Source: Podarcis pityusensis (Eukaryota). Taken from it: a DNA stretch of 64,000 nt. A program made the translations under genes and the position numbers. The first letter of the stretch is position 1, and the number at the start of each line of letters is the position of its first letter. The stretch is from NCBI GenBank assembly GCA_964106645.2, contig OZ067039.1. One strand, 5' to 3'. Positions 38,633-50,007 of the stretch are shown here, one piece after another. Under the pieces are notes generated by a model that did no database searches, had not been told where the DNA came from, and saw nothing but the letters and a program-made list of their open reading frames with translations.

Positions 38633-39254
38633 GTACGTATAAGACCGTAATATCTTTTTATAATTGTGGCTTATTGTGGTACAGGATGTGGTTGATGCTA
38701 TAGATAAAGAGCTGGCAGACAACAGATTTCTTCCCCCACTTGGAATATCAATGGCTAGGGATCAATTGCATTATTTTGGCTGGACTGTGACTCAGCACAG
38801 TTTGAGTAGATGCACTAAAATAAGTGTACCATTAAAGAGCATTGTTCATGTAATTTTTGTGTAAATTTATTGCCACTGGAAATGCAACCATACTAGTTAA
38901 CTGAGCATTTTGAACTAAAAAGCTACTACACTAAGAAAACAGACTTTTTGTAGATTCTCAAATATATATTACAAATATAATAGTCATTCAAGAAGTGGCT
39001 AGTTGTGAACCTCTGTTATTATATAGTGCAACTTTGTTTTGCTTGGCCAGTGCTAGATGCATATTTTCTGTGGATCTCGCATTGCAATTCTGTTTAAAAT
39101 GGTCTTTCCAAAAGAAAATGTCAATGCCTTTTCCAATTCCTAAATTTGGCTGCTGCAAGCCTGGTTCTCCTAATCTGTGGATATTGACAGCGTAGAGTGG
39201 TCTTAGAAAAGTTGAGGTCTTAGGAAATTTCCTTTTGCTTCTTTCCCCCTGCAG

Positions 39255-39417
39255 CTCACTTTGATTATCAGTACGGTTACCGGAAATTTGATGGCTCTGA
39301 TGGCTCACGCACTCAGAAATACACCAGTAATATCACTTACTATTTTGACAACATCAGTAGCACTGAGCTGTACAGTGTTGACCAAGAGTTGCTCAAGGAC
39401 TATATCAAACGGCAGAT
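39255..39417 (+). CDS. LARP1: LARP1 exon 7 (163 nt), start of La motif
   Basis: ccccctgcag| ... AT|gtaagt; HFDYQYGYRKFDG...DQELLKDYIKRQ(I). Confidence 0.96.
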
Positions 39418-40773
39418 GTAAGTGTTGGTTTTGATTCTAGCAGTAGCTAACCAAACAGTATTGCCTTTTGAAGAGTTGTAGCTAGTTTTATACCTTTTTG
39501 TAGTAGATTAAAAGTTGGGAGTTGTGCTTGCAAAGACAATGGTCTTCATCCTCATTCTTGCTGTTCTACAAAGTAAAAGTAGATAGAATGGGGATTCTTG
39601 TACCACCATCACAGCCTGTGAATATGTGCCAGTGGGTACACTGGCACAACTGTTTATAACAGGGTGGCCAGTTGGAAATATGCAAGATTTTTGCTGGCCC
39701 CTGAATCAACGGTGGCAGTCTCCATAGCCATGCCCTGCACTTCCAGTTAAGACTCTAGCAGGAAAAGTGAGCAGCCTCTGACATAAATTGCCTCTCTAGA
39801 AACATATCATTGTACTTGATGCCAGCTAATGCCTCTGTTGAATCAGTGGTAGTAGTGCCTGCTTCCTAGAAAAGGAAAGCTTGCCTTTTGGTGGAAGTTG
39901 CACCCTACACCTTCAGTATCTGCACTCTGTCCTGATGTGCAGAGGAAGAGAATGAATCACCTTTTTCATGTGTTGAAACCTGGTAGAATTGAGATTGGCT
40001 GCCCTGAGGAAACTGGTAGCCTTGCTTTCCCCTTCAAGGGGTAGCCTGGACTCCCTGGGCACTGCATAGCTGAACAGAGATGCCCCTAAGTGTTTGGTTC
40101 CCACGAACTTCAGAAGTTGGCAGCCCATTAGTTAGAGCATGACACGCAAGTTGGACTACTTACCAATTCAGGATTTGCGTCCTTCAGGTGTTATTTTTTA
40201 TTAGAATGTCATTCAGCTTCTTTTACTCATGCAGAATTAGCTTAGTTTGGGCTAGTTTTAGTTGAAACTAGAGAAGAAAGGAGGAAATGATGAGTTTTCT
40301 TCTGCCTACGTGAATACATTCTGTAGGGCTGAATCAATATTTTTATTAGTATTCAGGGGATTTTCTGCTGCTTGTTTTATATTTTATTGTTGATATTAAA
40401 GGATTCTGTTAGAATCTTTTAAAATGATAGATGTAATAATGTGTGTTGTTAAATGTTGCAGTTTGTTGTTCAAATGGTTTTAATTATTGTATTTCATAGT
40501 GGGAAAAATAATCCTGAAAGGGGGCCTAAGAATATTGAAAATACAGTATAAAAATATATACTTATTCATGTGGACATGTCTTGAGCTATGGTCCTGGAAT
40601 TTTCCCCATAGCATCCAGTGCTGAAAGAGAGCTTGGGTATTACCTATTTTTGTAAAGTATTAGTAAACAGAAAGAGAGGTGGAATTTTCAGGAGGTCAGA
40701 GGTATTTATTCTGTTAAGTGTTACCTGGTGTGTGTGTGTGTTATTTTCATCGTCTACTATTTGCTGTGTTCAG

Positions 40774-40918
40774 AGAGTACTACTTCAGTGTTGACAACTT
40801 GGAACGAGATTTTTTCCTGAGACGGAAAATGGATACAGAAGGCTTTCTTCCCATCACTCTGATTGCCAGTTTCCATCGGGTGCAGGCCTTGACTACAGAT
40901 GTTGGCCTCATAATTAAG
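40774..40918 (+). CDS. LARP1: LARP1 exon 8 (145 nt), La motif core
   Basis: gttcag| ... AAG|gtaaaa; [20 protein letters not shown]...[13 protein letters not shown]. Confidence 0.97.
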
Positions 40919-41430
40919 GTAAAAAATTACCCTGTGTTTCTTATTTGGGCCACTTGTAGTGGAGTGCTGGGCAGTCAAGACTGAAATGCGCTTTTCAGAC
41001 CCTTGGGCATGTCCTGATATACCTCAGAGCAAGATGATCAAAGCAGAGTATCAAATGTCTATGCAGACTTGTGTTCTTTGCAGTTATGCAAAAGGTAGTT
41101 CATGCATTCTGCCAACTTCATGCTTGCAGTTTTCAGGATGCAGTTGCATTTTGAAGACTGAGGCTTTAAATAACTGTAAGACAGGGCTTGCTGCTCTGTT
41201 CTGCATTGATATTATTTGCATACATCTGCTGGGATTTCTCTGTCTGCACAATCAAGGGTGTTAGAGAAATTTTTTTGTAAACAAACAATGGTCTGAAGAA
41301 AAAGGAAGATGAACCTTTATACGCAGTATTAAATATATGTCTCTCTTTCTGTGGGGAGTAGGGAGAGGGCATGTGGGAGGGAGAAGGGTATCTTACTTTA
41401 GTATTAATGCTGACAGTGATTGTTTTTCAG

Positions 41431-41605
41431 GCATTGAAAGACAGCAAAGTGGTAGAGATTGTGGACCAGAAAATCAGGAGAAAGGAAGAACCAGAAAAAT
41501 GGCCTTTACCTGGCCCTCCCATGACAGACTATGCACAGACTGACTTCTCTCAGCTCATCAACTGCCCAGAGTTTGTGCCCAGGCAAAGCTTCCAAAAGGA
41601 AACAG
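41431..41605 (+). CDS. LARP1: LARP1 exon 9 (175 nt), end of La motif and PAM2-like [11 protein letters not shown]
   Basis: tgtttttcag| ... G|gtttgt; [17 protein letters not shown]...QKET. Confidence 0.97.
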
Positions 41606-41809
41606 GTTTGTTGATAGTGTTTTAAAAACTCTATCCAAGCAGTTTTATTTGTGTTGGTGGTGATGAATTTGAGACCAGGACACCATTATGTATCTTGCAT
41701 AATGGTTAGCAAAACTTCAGCTTTACTTAACTAACACGTGCACACAAAGTTGACTGCACTGTTCTATCAAGACTTTCTTGAACATGTAATGTGTACATCC
41801 TGTTTTTTA

Positions 41810-41965
41810 GTTCTCAAATGTTTTGGCTCCTGAACGACTGAAACCCGGAAGTGACTGTTCCGGTTTTCGAAAGTTCTTTTGGAAGCCGAACATCCGATGG
41901 GGCTTCCGATTGGAAGCCGAACGGACTTCCGGAACTGATTCCGTTTGACTTCCAAGGTACGACTG
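41810..41965. mobile_element. Truncated Tigger/pogo-like MITE (one TIR)
   Basis: Ends CAAGGTACGACTG|TA; CpG-rich ccggaa repeats; left TIR missing. Confidence 0.7.
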
Positions 41966-42348
41966 TATTGCTATCCAGTCATGTAAATAATGGGTGATCT
42001 CAATCCATTAGGAGACAAATTCTTCTAAGAAAAATGTCTGATTCCCTTTGTGCTGGCTTTGAGAGCTTCTTGGAAATATAATTGATCAAGACCTTGAAAG
42101 GTACAGCCCTATGCCTCACACTCAAGTTGAGTGTGTTGTGTGTTGCTGAGCAGGCATTGTGTTCTGTTTTGTTCTTGGTGTATGCCTGATGAGCACAGTA
42201 TTGGCCAGCAAAGCTGTTTTAAATGGTGAAGGGAATATTAAATACTAGCCCCCAAGGTAATGAGGAGGAACCTTAGGCAGCTCGCTGTGGCCAGTTGACA
42301 AAATAATTTGCCAATAAAATTGCTTATATCTGAGCTGAATCTATAGCT

Positions 42349-42551
42349 CAGCAGTTCCCAACCTTTCTGGGGTTATGTACCCCTGTGGGAATCTGATGAA
42401 AACTATGGAACACCTCCCCAGAAAAATACACATACACACAAAACAATTTATTTTATTGCACTGGAATTTTTGTGTGTTCCTGGTTCACTCCCTGAAGCCC
42501 TCCATCGACCACCTAGGGGTTCCATGGACCTCCACAGGTTAAGAACACCTG
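42349..42551. mobile_element. Old hAT-Charlie MITE
   Basis: CAGCAGTTCCCAACCT / AGGTTAAGAACACCTG ends; internal gaatctgatgaaaactatgga..ctccccagaaaaat. Confidence 0.7.
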
Positions 42552-42559
42552 ATCTAAGA

Positions 42560-43160
42560 CGTCTGCTATTTCAGTGACTTAAATATTGAGCTTGAGGATG
42601 TGGACAAATCGCTTTGAAGATTGAGACCAACCACTTGCGTTTTAAATCCATATACATCTTCGCTGAGTAAAAGTGCTAGAGGAGGGCTGGCTGTTTGGAT
42701 TGCAGAGACTGTTAATGCTTCTCTGCATGAGAGCTGCTTTCTAACTCCATTAAAGGAAACAGTTGTAAGGTTTTTATTGACAAAGCCCCCCTTGGATACC
42801 ACCACTCTTGGTAGTTATTGGTTAGTCTAACTTAATTTCTGGTGCTCATTTTTTCTGACCATTAAAATTGCACTTTCAGTTGATTTCTAGGTCCAGATAA
42901 AGGTGCTGGCTAATAACTGTAACACATTAAGTGACTTGGGGCCAAGATATTTCAACAGCTTCTGTATGAACCTGTCCATCAGTTACAGTAATCTTTAGCA
43001 TAGCTCTTCCATGTATTGCACCACCAAGGCAGGTGCGCTAGGTGGAGATACAAGCATTTGTTTTTGTAGTGCTCTCATTTTGGAACTCCCTCCCAAGGAT
43101 GGTTAGACTGGCCCCTTCTTTGTTGTTCTTCAGGCAGGTGGTGAAAACATTTTATATATT
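42560..43160 (+). mobile_element. Degenerate L2/CR1-group LINE fragments
   Basis: ORF 42621-42830 PTTCVLNP...VNASL...LKETVVRFLLTKPPLD...Y.LV resembles the pre-RT segment (LK.A.V.PLLKKP.LD...NYRP); WNSLP tail motif at ~43081. Confidence 0.75.
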
Positions 43161-43521
43161 TCTAGCATTCTTCCCTGTAGAGAAATGGGAGTCTCAGCTG
43201 GTGAAAGGAAAGCCACTGAATATCATAATTAGCCAGGGCTATGTAAGGCTTAGGCAAAAATTCTAAGGATCATATAATAGAACCAACAATTTTTCATGAG
43301 TGCTTAATACAAATTAAGTAGAAAATATTCAAATAGCCAAAGCTCTGCACTCATCTCAGATGTTCATGACAGCTCTGTAAAGGGAGGTGAAAGTTGCCAC
43401 CCGTACTCGGTTGCAAAGCACATGCTATTCACAGCACCGGGCTTATCCTTGTGGGTGTTTTGTAAAGGGCTGTTGCCTGCATGTACAGATATTTATCTTT
43501 TACTAAAATACCATGTTACAG

Positions 43522-43691
43522 AATCTGCTCCTGGGTCTCCCCGCTCTGCTAGTCCTGTGCCAACGAAGACAGAGGAAGTTAGTAATCTGAAGACAATGCC
43601 CAAAGGCCTTTCTGCCAGCCTGCCAGACTTGGACTCTGAAGCATGGATTGAAGTGAAGAAGAGGCCTAGGCCTTCTCCAATCAGACCCAAG
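43522..43691 (+). CDS. LARP1: LARP1 exon 10 (170 nt)
   Basis: ttacag| ... AAG|gtagtt; ESAPGSPR...GLSASLPDLDSEAWIEVKKRPRPSP. Confidence 0.96.
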
Positions 43692-43783
43692 GTAGTTGGT
43701 GAATTGCATTAGCTGACATCCTCATGTATGTCAGACCTGCAATTGGACACATTTAATGCTCCTAGACATAGGAGGTTCTAGAA

Positions 43784-44532
43784 CAGGGGTCAGCAAACTT
43801 CTTCATCAGGGGGCCAGTCCACTGTTCCTCAGACCTTGTGGGGGGCCAGACTATATTTTGAAAAATAGAAATACCCTGCAAGCCGGTTCTGCAGCTGCCT
43901 CTGGACCTGGAGGAGGAACACACTCTGCATGTGCTCAGGAGCATGTCTCAGTACCGCCCGCTCACCGGCATTGTTGGCAAGCAGCAGCTGTTAATCAGCC
44001 TGTCCCTGCGGAGCTCCCAGGCGGTATGCACCACATGCTGTGGCCCATCGTCCGAGGCCAGGTCTGTGGGCAGGCCGCGCATGCAGAGCGCCGGGCAGGC
44101 AGTGTGCAGCTCATCCTCCAGCTGCTGCAGCTCGGCCGCCGATAATGCCACCAGCGGCAACGCTGAACCAGGCACAGGGCCAGCATGCATGCCAAGCTCC
44201 AGCTGAAGCCCCACGACGCGCCCGTCACAATGCCCATGGTGCAGCCCAGACCTGCCGCCTGCCCACTGGCCTCTCCATCCATGGCCGCGCCGGATTTACC
44301 TCAGTGTGCAGGTGGTGAGGCTTTGGATTGGCTGCGGGAACTTCCTGCAGCCAATCCGAAGCCGCGCCAGCGTCGCTGCCCGCCCAGAGGCACCTGCGGC
44401 TTCTTTTCAAGGAAACGCCGCACCGGTTTAGCTCAGTGCGGGGACTGACTGAGTGGGTGGCAGGGTCTGCAAGCTGGATTTACGAGCCTGGTGGGCCGCA
44501 TCCGGCCCCCGGGCCATAGTTGCCGACCCCTG
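43784..44532. mobile_element. Non-autonomous hAT (Charlie-type) element carrying captured cargo, 749 bp
   Basis: TIRs CAGGGGTCAGCAAACT / CAGGGGTCGGCAACT (rc); perfect 8-bp TSD TTCTAGAA at 43776-43783 and 44533-44540; ends shared with the element at 26093. Confidence 0.93.
43966..44282 (-). pseudogene. SPR: Captured, decayed exon 1 of sepiapterin reductase (SPR) inside the hAT element
   Basis: gcggccATGG start; MDGEASGQAAGLGCTMGIVTGASWGFSWSLACMLA, frameshift, PGSALPLVALSAAELQQLEDEL...LPTDLASDDGPQHVV...EL, frameshift, QLLLANNA(G)|gtgagc donor. Compare recalled human SPR [21 protein letters not shown]...[22 protein letters not shown]...VPADL...LLLINNAG. Confidence 0.88.
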
Positions 44533-44953
44533 TTCTAGAACGTTTATGTGGCACTTTCTCTCCTTAGTTGTGTCAAGCATGCTGGGTAGGGAGATGGTGT
44601 TTGTGCTTTCCCAAAAGAGTTATTCCTGCACACAGACTACATCATAATTCCATCTATCCTTTTTCTGTAATTTGTACTATTGAATTTTGTGAGCTTTAGA
44701 TGCTGGTTCACGTCTCTTGGAGTTATAGCTGTGCAGGGTTCTACTTTAAGGCCCCAAGGCTGGTTTGCTATGCTTGAAGGATGAGCATCTATAGAAGGGT
44801 TGCTGTGCCTGGAGGATCATGATGGGTGGAAGATGGTCATATGGTGGGCTGGGCTTTATGTGACCAGGGTGTGTTTGGTTTGTTAGGCGTTGACCTTTGT
44901 TTTGAGGTTGAAACTGTGCCTGCCTTGTTTTGCTGCATAGGATCCCCTAGCTA

Positions 44954-46279
44954 CCGTAATTTTCACTCCAAAACATGCACTTTTTTGCTCCTAGAAAGTA
45001 AGGGAAAATGCCTGTGCGTGTTACGGAGCGAATGCACTTGACCGGAGCCATGGCTGCCGTCAGTCAAGCAAAGCGGGAGCCGCTTGCAGGGCTTCTGTCC
45101 CGCTTTGCGTGGCTCTAGCTTTGCTTGCTTTACAGCCAGGAGGAGGGGGAGGAGCCGGGGAGGAGGGAGGGAAGGAGAGCCATGGCAGCAAAGCAGGCAG
45201 CAGCCGCTTACACGGGAGGAGGGACAGACGGGAGCCATAGCGAGCCGGGAGAAGTGCCGCGTAGCCAGCAACAGCTGCTGCAGCCTCTGCTAGCAAAGGT
45301 CCGTGCGCTCTCTAAATGGAGCAATGAGGCTGCAGAGGGATGGCAGGGCACAGAAGGGCTCTGAGCCACGAGCGCAGTGAAAACCAGTAAAAAAGTTTTT
45401 TAAAAGGCTGCTGGGGACAGGAGGGCACGGGATGAGGGAGAGGGGGAAATTACGATTCTCCCAGCGTCTCAGCTGATCCGCTGAGCAGGACTTGGGTTGC
45501 AGGGGATTCGCCATTAGCTGCGTAAAGCAGCAAAGAGGGAGACAAGGAGCAATCGGGAGAGGAAAGGAGCTGCTTACACTGCTGTAAGTGGCTGCTGTCC
45601 AGTTGGCTCCTTTAAAGCAACAGTGCTCTTTCCCTCCCCCCTCCCCGCTCAGCTCACCGAAAAGCTCCTTTTCCACACACCCCTTCTCCCCTTAAACACC
45701 TCTCCTGCATCATTAGCAGCATCCTTCTCCACATACCCCATGCGTGTTCCTTCTCCCCATAGACCCCTTGCCTGCATTATTAGCCACATCCTTCTCCACA
45801 CACCCCACGCGTGTTCCTTCTCCCCTTAAACCCCTCTCCTGCATCATTAGCAGCATCCTTCTCCACACACCCCACACGTGCTCCTTGTCCCTTGAATGCT
45901 TTTCCTTCCCTCCCCACTTAAAACGTGGTTACAAAGCACGGATCCACATGGATCCTCAGGATTTTTGCACTGGGTCACCCCAAGTTCACCATCAGATCAC
46001 ATAGCATATCCATGGCTACAGCCTGCACCAAAAAACACACACGCACCCACTGTTTCATGGGGCTGCAATGGCGCAAAAACGTGGTTACAAAGCATGGATC
46101 CTCAGGATTTTTGCATTGGGCTACCCCAAACTCACCGTCAGATCACGTCTGTGGCCACAGCATGAACCACAAAAATCATACATCCACTGTTTCGTTTAGA
46201 ATATTTTTTTCTTGTTTTCCTCTTCTAAAAACTACGTGCGTGTTATGGTCAGGTGCATGTTATAGAGCGAAAAATACGG
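44954..46279. mobile_element. Tc1/mariner-superfamily (Tc2/pogo-like CCGTA ends) non-autonomous element, 1326 bp, GC-rich cargo
   Basis: TA|CCGTAATTTTCACTC ... GAGCGAAAAATACGG|TA; ends shared with 61766-62025. Confidence 0.88.
45682..45882 (+). repeat. Tandem repeat, 3 x 67 bp, inside the 44954 element
   Basis: Units start ccttctcccc at 45682, 45749 and 45816, with a partial unit at 45883. Confidence 0.9.
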
Positions 46280-46344
46280 TAAGTCTTCTGTGATCAGTGT
46301 CCCAGCAGCTTCTGTCTTAACAGCATTATCTATTTTGAAACCAG

Positions 46345-46698
46345 AAACCAGAAGAATCCAAAACGCCAGTGAAGCAGAAAGATCAGGATGAGCCTGAGGA
46401 GCTGGACTTCATGTTTGATGAGGAGATGGAACAGATGGATGGCCGAAAAAACACCTTTACAGATTGGTCTGATGAGGATTCAGACTACGAAATTGATGAC
46501 AGAGACGTGAATAAGATTTTGATTGTAACACAGACACCCCCTTATCTGCGCCGGCATCCGGGGGGAGATAGAACGGGCAACCACACATCCAGGGCGAAGA
46601 TGAGCTCAGAGTTGGCTAAGGTGATCAATGATGGGCTGTACTACTATGAGCAGGATCTGTGGACAGAGCAGTTTGAGCCAGAGTACTCCCAGATAAAG
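46345..46698 (+). CDS. LARP1: LARP1 exon 11 (354 nt)
   Basis: aaaccag| ... AAG|gtgaga; EELDFMFDEE...KILIVTQTP...HPGGDRTG...INDGLYYYEQDLW. Confidence 0.95.
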
Positions 46699-49484
46699 GT
46701 GAGAACCAGGGGTGCACCACCTTAGCGCAAACAAAAATGGTTGTGTTCTGAGAGCGGGAAAAGGAGTTGTATGTACTTTGTCTTGATCATATTTTTAGTT
46801 CAACGGTGGTTTAATTTTCACAATTTATGAGATAATATTACTTGTGCCTTGCGCAAAAAGTATTAAATCACTTGCCAACCCACCTATATGTAACTGAGTT
46901 GGGAACATTGCAAGCAGTGGATCTGACAAGCATCTGTTTGCCCTGGGAACATAACTAACATGCAAGTTGTCTCTTCTACCTTTTTCTGCTTCCTTTGTGT
47001 GGAAGTGACTGATGAAAGAAGATAGAATTGGAACCAGCAGTCATTAACTATGTTCCTATATGCTTTTATCTTGAGTATGAAAGTATTGTTCAGTTTCTTT
47101 TATTGTATCTTTTTCAATATATGTATAATATATGATAACCCTGGTTATGGATTCCAAACAATAAGTACCACCACCTGTTTGTAAGAAGTCTTCACACTAC
47201 GTAATTGTTTCCTTCCACCTTGCATCACACCCATGCCTTGCTTTTTTGTTACTTAGGCCTAGTTTTAAACATGATTCTGGACTTGCTGAAAAATAATACA
47301 TGTGCAGTTTTGACAATGTGTTGTTTAGAATCTGAATTGACAGTACTTGTGCATGCCATGTTATCATGTGGCATTGCAGGCTTTCTGGTCCCTGACAAAC
47401 TAACATGTTTTGGCATACTCTGTTTATATACGTCTGAGTATGTGTAGTATCAAACAGGTAATATTCTCCCCTCCCAAACATTTCTGATGTATTGTTTAAA
47501 CTGGCCCTTAATTTTCAGCCTTTATTCTGCCATTGTGCTTGCAACCTATTATGCCTCAAATGCTTTCACGTGCTGTCTTGTCTTCCTCTCTGGAGCAGTT
47601 GCTTTTAAGACTTTCTGTTGTGCTGTTGTCTCATCTTCCCTTGCTTGGGGTGGTGAATTTTGGCAAAGCTGACTTTTTAGGTGCAAAATTCTATGAGTGT
47701 AGTCCATAGGCACATACTGGATGAGGACTTTGTCTCCTTAACCCCTTGCAATTTTATGCCACTTGTTTGTTAAGACTTTATTTGAACCCTGCTCGTTCTA
47801 GCTCTGGAATCTGTATTCACACAGTGAAACAGTGCCTCTGAGCACATGCCAAATGCCATTCACTTTTCCACTGAGTAATCCGGGTAAGGAAGAAGGGCTT
47901 TCAGGCTTACCAGCCAGCGGATTGTGGTGCCTCTTATTTTCAGAAATGAATAGCTGCCAGAGGTAATTGCTCAGCTGCTTCCCAGAGGGAGCTCTTGCAA
48001 CATTTGAGAGCATGCAAAGATCAGCTACTAAACACAGACCTACAACTTAAATATGCAGTCCTTATTAAGGCTGGCCTTGGATGATCTGGTGGCAGATGTT
48101 TGAGATGGGAACATAGAGTTGCTGCTGAAGGGACTCCAGCTGTTCAGTGCTGGCTGCAGCAAATCAGAGAATCCTTCTGTATTTCCTACTTGAGGGCTTA
48201 CTTTACAAAAAGATGATCAGGACCAAGCATACTATACATTTTGCTTCTTGCTTCACAGAGAGGAATTCTGTTAGGTGTGGCTGCCTAAGGAGGCTTTGTT
48301 GAGCATTTACAGATCACTAGAAGGTGTTTCCTAATGTGCAATTTGAAATTGCAAATTACCGTAACTACAGGCCTCACTGGCCTGTGGGTGCAAGGCCTTC
48401 TTGTAAATGAAAAACATGGGAGAGAAATATGCAGAACCATCTCTCCTCCTCTGGCTCAACTTCCCATAATTGGTTGCTCTTGCCCCACTTTCCCTGTTCT
48501 GGCTCTGGCTGTTTATACACACCAGACTTTTAAAACACATGGTTTCTCCCATGCAGAATCCTGAGAACCAGTTTGTTGTGGGTGCTGGGAATTGGAGCTG
48601 TGGGGGAGGGGTAAACTATAGTTCCCAGAATTCTTTAGGCTAAGCCATGTACTTTAAATGTAGGGTGTGGTACTGGAAGTGAGCTGGAAATAAAGAGGAG
48701 TAGTAGAAATAACAGCTGGAGGGAGGGCTAGGCTGTGCGCTCCTTTTACGAAAATAAAAATGTGTCTACCATCTCCATACCTATTTTGGCTTGGTTATGC
48801 TTACCAAACTCTGCACATGGGGGTCTGTATTTCTGAGTTGTAATGAATCCTCCTACAGGCAATGACTTGTGCTCATTCAAAGCCCACACAAGTTGCTGCA
48901 ACTCGGAAGTGGTCTTAAAAAGTGGTGGCGCATAACAGAGCAGACTTGCACGCGCTCCACAGATGTGCACGGGGCCGAAATACAACCTCTGCACAAAACG
49001 GTTGTTGTCTGTATGTTCTCTATATATTCTTCAGTCAACTCAATATACAGTGGCCTCTAGTATGTCTGAGTTCCACATATAATTATTTGTAATCTGCACC
49101 CCGTTTTTATTGTTGGGTCTCAGCTGACCGACTGGTTGTCTCCATGACTGGGATTGTTAATGAAAGTTTTGCCTTCCAATAAAGAAAGCTTTGCCTCAGA
49201 AGAAGTTTTGTGTGATGTGGGTGGCTGTTTCACCAGATTTTTTTTTAATGTTGCAACCATCTAGTGGACTGACTTGTAGATTTTGTCACACTTGAAACTG
49301 GTGCATTGTTCTTTAACACATGTAGCCTGTGATTTGCCGTTTCCTGGGGTGGTGGGTGGGGAGGGGAAAAACACGAAACGGAATAATAAGCTATATTTTA
49401 TTTTATTTATTATTATTATGTATCCTACCACCTCCAGATATAAGTGTTTCATTTCTCTGTGATTCCTCCTTCCCCCAAATGCAG

Positions 49485-49608
49485 CAAGAAGTAGAGAACT
49501 TCAAGAAGGTCAATATGATCAGCCGAGAACAGTTTGACACTTTGACTCCTGAGCCTCCCATTGATCCAAATCAGGAAGTTCCTCCAGGACCACCAAGGTT
49601 CCAACAAG
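49485..49608 (+). CDS. LARP1: LARP1 exon 12 (124 nt)
   Basis: aatgcag| ... G|gtagga; QEVENFKKVNMISREQFD...PPRFQQ. Confidence 0.96.
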
Positions 49609-49906
49609 GTAGGAGACAAAACCCTTTGCAGAATGCTCGGCGTTATCGTTTCGCTTACAGGAGGGTCTCGCCCAATAACACTTCCAACCATTTAAGTTAC
49701 ATTTCCATATTCTCTTATCTGCTCTGTTATTCCAGAGTTTGGACGTGCTAAGTCTAGCAACTATAATTACTTCAGAGTTGTGAGATTTGCAATTGCTGCC
49801 CCAAAATTGAGGGGAACATTTACTGAGGATAAATGTAAAAATTTAATTGGGACTGTAAAGATTTAATTCGGAATGAAATATAAAAACCTGTTTGTATTCG
49901 TTCATT

Positions 49907-49976
49907 TGTGTGTGTGTGTGTGTGTGTGTGTGCATTGGTTGATACTGTGTTTTAATGTTGTATCTATGTAGTGTAC

Positions 49977-50007
<31 letters not shown>
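49907..50007. repeat. Two (GT)n microsatellites
   Basis: Runs at ~49907-49932 and ~49980-50007. Confidence 0.95.

Noticed and set aside
43966-44282. Functional SPR gene or processed pseudogene
   Set aside because: Two frameshifts, a damaged cofactor motif, no downstream exons seen, and retained donor plus flanking sequence inside TIRs.
43756-44519. Cluster of plus-strand ORFs as a novel gene
   Set aside because: They are shadows of the GC-rich antisense SPR-derived cargo.
45682-45882. CRISPR-like array (also considered for 15330-15710 and 12790-13050)
   Set aside because: Contiguous tandem units without unique spacers, in a vertebrate intron with no cas genes.
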